From Takakia lepidozioides (Eukaryota; Plantae; Bryophyta), in NCBI GenBank assembly GCA_030704615.1, contig CM060734.1, forward strand, positions 37,820,001 through 37,884,000: a DNA stretch of 64,000 nt, written 5' to 3'. The position numbers and the translations under genes are program-made. The first letter of the stretch is position 1, and each line of letters opens with the position of its first letter. Of this stretch, positions 60,554 to 64,000 are shown one piece after another. Below the pieces are notes generated by a model. The model worked only from the letters and a program-made list of their open reading frames with translations, did not search any database and was not told the origin of the DNA.

Positions 60554-61397
60554 AGCCACTTGAAATTTTCCAATTTTGGTCCTCAAATTTGAAGAGGACA
60601 CCTGTAAACTCTCTTTGGTTTCTAAATGTGGAGGTCTGTGCCTCAGGAAAAGATATCAAGTTAGCAATCACCTTGGTCAAATTACATTTTTCCAGCAATT
60701 TTTTTGTGGAGTTGAAAAATCCACCATGGATTTTTGCTATAATCTGCCAATTTTGATAGTCAATTCTCCAAAATTTTGTGAGTAGATGGACGTACAAGTT
60801 AGCTAAATGTTGGTAAGGTTCATTTCTGTGAATGAATCTCCATTGCCAAATACAACCTCATCCATGATACTAGGTCATGTTTTGGAGGTACCAAAACGGC
60901 TCCTTGCCCTTAGGGTTAATAGAAGAGCTCAGCCCAATAACCCATAGACAACCAGCATGTAGCCCAGAGGTAATGGGCACATACCACGTTGGATAGGGTT
61001 GTGGATTCAAACCACGGTCTGGTGTGTCATGAAGGTGTCCACCTTCCAGTTGGAAGGCAGTAGCCTTGGGGTCAAGCGACACCATAAGTTACGCTTCCTT
61101 CAGGAGGCGTCATACTTTTTTCTTAGCCCCCCATAAATCTGGTCTGGTTAAGTTATACTTACTGAGACTGATGATCCCCTCCCCAACTCACGTGCATGCG
61201 TACAACCTTCATATGGCCAGGGAAAATATTAGAGCATATCAAAGCTACTAAAATATAGAAAAACATAAAAAATAAGCCCTGCACTTCTTGTACTAGAAAA
61301 CGAGCCGTGTTTGGCCGATTTTGCCCTGTAAGCGGCCTTTGGGCGAGCCCTATGGCCGCGCACAGGGTAGAGTCGGCCAATGCGGCCCGTTCACTGG

Positions 61398-61685
61398 CGT
61401 TAAAAGCAAGTGTGGCGGATTCTCGCCGCGCTACGTGGCACAATATGATTGAGGTTCGATTATCCCATATCGATTGCCCAGATTCAGAGCCCCGGAGAGG
61501 ATATAAACGGGCCGAGCCTTAGGGGAAGGCGGGCGGGTCGATGGCTGATGACATGGGCCTCGGTGGTGGTAGGTATGCCGTCCTCTGCGTAATCGGCCAT
61601 CCCTGCCAATTCTGCCCTGGGTGGCCGACTCAGCCTGAGAATTAGGCCGAAAAAGTGGCAGAATCCGCCACACCTGCTTTTAACG
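61398..61685. mobile_element. MITE-like element bounded by 26-bp inverted repeats
   Basis: CGTTAAAAGCAAGTGTGGCGGATTCT (61398-61423) versus AGAATCCGCCACACCTGCTTTTAACG (61660-61685), one mismatch. No TSD is evident. Confidence 0.55.
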
Positions 61686-63000
61686 TTTCCTTTTAAAGCC
61701 ATGCACTTAGTAGTAACTAGTAACTAGGTAGGAACAATCACGCCGTCAAGAAAAGCAAAGGAAAGGAATATCTCTTGGGTTCCTCCCTCGGTGCCTTCGT
61801 CAGGCCTGTATATGACTCATCCTTTTTCTTTTTCTTTTCTTTTATTTTATATGACTCATCCTGGTTTGGGGTTCCTTTTCCCCCCTGCTCGAATGACAAA
61901 AAGGAAATTGAATAAAATATAAAATTGGTTATTCCTCTTTGGTCAATAATAATTTTTCTTTTGGTCATAAATTCCCAAGCTTCCATCATCAACTAATCAT
62001 TGTGGGTGGGCCCAATGGCCCCCAAATCCATGAACTCCATCAAATGATTTTCTTCCTTTCTTCCTTTCCTGCAATTGGAGCATATTTTTCCCTCTTCCAG
62101 AAAACTTTTTCAGCCTCGAGTCTTGGGTCCCAGCGAACCTGGCACAGATAATAATTAGAATTTAATAATTTAATTTTAATAACAATAAATCCGTCCCAGG
62201 ACCGAGTCCACGGCAGGGAGGGAGGGAGGGAGGGGAAGGCGGGGGCAAGAGAAGAAGGGAGGGAATAAGGAGGAGGGCGTGAATGCCATTCGTCACATGT
62301 TGGGAGCACGTATGCATGTTGCAAAGTGCTTAAGAGAATAACGGATGCGTCAAGGGTGCACATGAATATGACGCCTCCAGCATCCCACGCTATCCAGCTC
62401 ACGGGATCGTGTCGGGGGACGCATATAAAATTTGCAGTGCAAGGCCTGGGAATAATCTGTCGGGAGTGCTTAGTGGTCAGAGGAGTTGGGTATTAATAGT
62501 GTATGCTGCGCCCATGATGCCAGTGTTTGTGAATAGTAATTTACGGAGAGTGCATGTGGATGCTGCTAAGGTCTATCATATTTCTTTATGTTTTTGCTAG
62601 ATTCTGGTGTCGGTATATATTTTTGTTCTCCATCTCTGTGCTCTCATCCTTCAAGCTGTCTTAGATCACATTCTTTCACTTGAGTGCGTACCTAGATCGC
62701 TTGACCAGTGAGTATATGCATCCACAACTCTGCGAAAGCAGCAGGGATTCAACTGGTGTGTACGTGTGTGTTGTTGTGGTCCTGAATTAGACCTTGTGAG
62801 AGGCTAAGCAACTTTACATCATCATGATTGGACCGATTGCACCATTGATAGTGGCTTGCAGGAAGGCCGCCCTCCATATCTTTGTCGTTGGCAACATTGG
62901 TGACCAGCAGGCCCTCACATTTGAAGTGCAGTCTGTGGTACAGTTTTAGCTTACTGAACGCTTTTGAAGCGCCTGGACAAGTTCAGAGGCCAAGCCTGCG

Positions 63001-64000
63001 AATGACCTACAGCCATGACTCATCTCCGGCACAGGTAACTTGAGACAGGACCGTCTGCTTGACAACGACGACTCCTGTCTATACACAGACTGGTTTCACG
63101 GCACTGATGATGTTGGCGCCCCAAGCCAAACATCAATCCAAAAATCCCTTCTGCCAGTTATTATAGAAGAGCCGTCCGGCATGGACGACAATATTTGGCC
63201 AGAGCTGAACCTGTCCCACCATGTGGGGAACGATGAGCGGGTTTCAGATACCCACATGGCCGATACTTCTTACTGTAATAGAACCGAGGCTGTGAGCAAC
63301 TTTACTACAGGCGGGATGCAGCTCCAAGAGAAGGTAGGCTCGCCACCTCCGTCCGGGACAAGTTAATGAGTCTGATAGGCATACATTGGTGGGATATAGG
63401 AGTGGAAACATGCATACAGACGTCGCAGAGAAAGGTGAGGGATCAAGCACCGGGCAAGCTGCGTGTGATGAATCGCATGGGTTATAATTCTGCTAGACAT
63501 ACTAGGCTGGGTCATGGACAACTTCAGTTAATTCTTAGACTAGATTCATGAGGAGAACAATCAGCTTACATATCCTGACTTACGGCCGGAGAGTCTGTCG
63601 CTGAGCCGGCATTAGTGGAAACCGAATTACAGTCTATGGGACTGTTGATCTGCGACACTCAAGGAGTAGCTTCCCAGGTTGTTCCAATTACTAGCAGCCT
63701 TGGAGGCCTGTCTCCTGCACGCAAGCAGGCGCAGCGAGAAACTCACAGCTATAGGCTAGAGATGCCAGGTCAAATTTTGTATCGAGAGCGAGTTAAGGAT
63801 AGGGTGGCCTTCTCTTCCCCCCTATATAGTGCAGCATCCAGTCAGCTAGTCACGAGTGAACGTGAGAAAGCAGGCCACTCTGGATTGCACATGTCAGACC
63901 AGGGATCGGCAGCCTGGGGAGCTGACATGTACCCCAACAATGTGCAGATCATAGCGGCGGAAGCTGCAGGAAATACCATAAGGTCAATACCGGCCAGACC
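63001..64000 (+). pseudogene. Broken coding-like sequence of unknown family, runs off the window
   Basis: The 108-aa ORF at 63040-63366 continues in shifted frames with sparse stops (e.g. LTAGESVAEPALVETELQSMGLLICDTQG...). No recognisable domain. Confidence 0.3.

Overview
Eukaryotic plant nuclear DNA, most likely from a non-seed land plant such as a fern or lycophyte. This is an inference from a Tcn1-like chromovirus, the gene family types and the compact spliced genes. Six protein-coding genes can be assembled by hand: an intron-less NPH3/RPT2-like BTB gene (-), a 15-exon peroxisomal acyl-CoA oxidase of the ACX3 type (+), an 8-exon conserved plant protein of unknown function (+), an intron-less MATE/DTX transporter (+), an NADPH-thioredoxin reductase (-), and a 16-exon hnRNP Q/R-like gene with three RRMs and a C-terminal NURR/AcD-like domain (+). 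Mobile DNA includes the 3' half of a chromoviral Ty3/gypsy element with its 3' LTR, a deleted gypsy element with two LTR-like repeats, a Tcn1-like gypsy fragment, a tRNA-derived SINE with a 13-bp TSD, hAT/MITE-like ends, and many very short LINE 3'-end insertions. The most striking unexplained signal is a family of tail-less micro-retroposons (23, 40 and ~227 bp) ending in GTCTTATG(A/G)GTACA(T/A). Each copy is bracketed by a target-site duplication that begins with TCT, and all three lie inside host transcription units. All calls were made by eye; no database searches were run.
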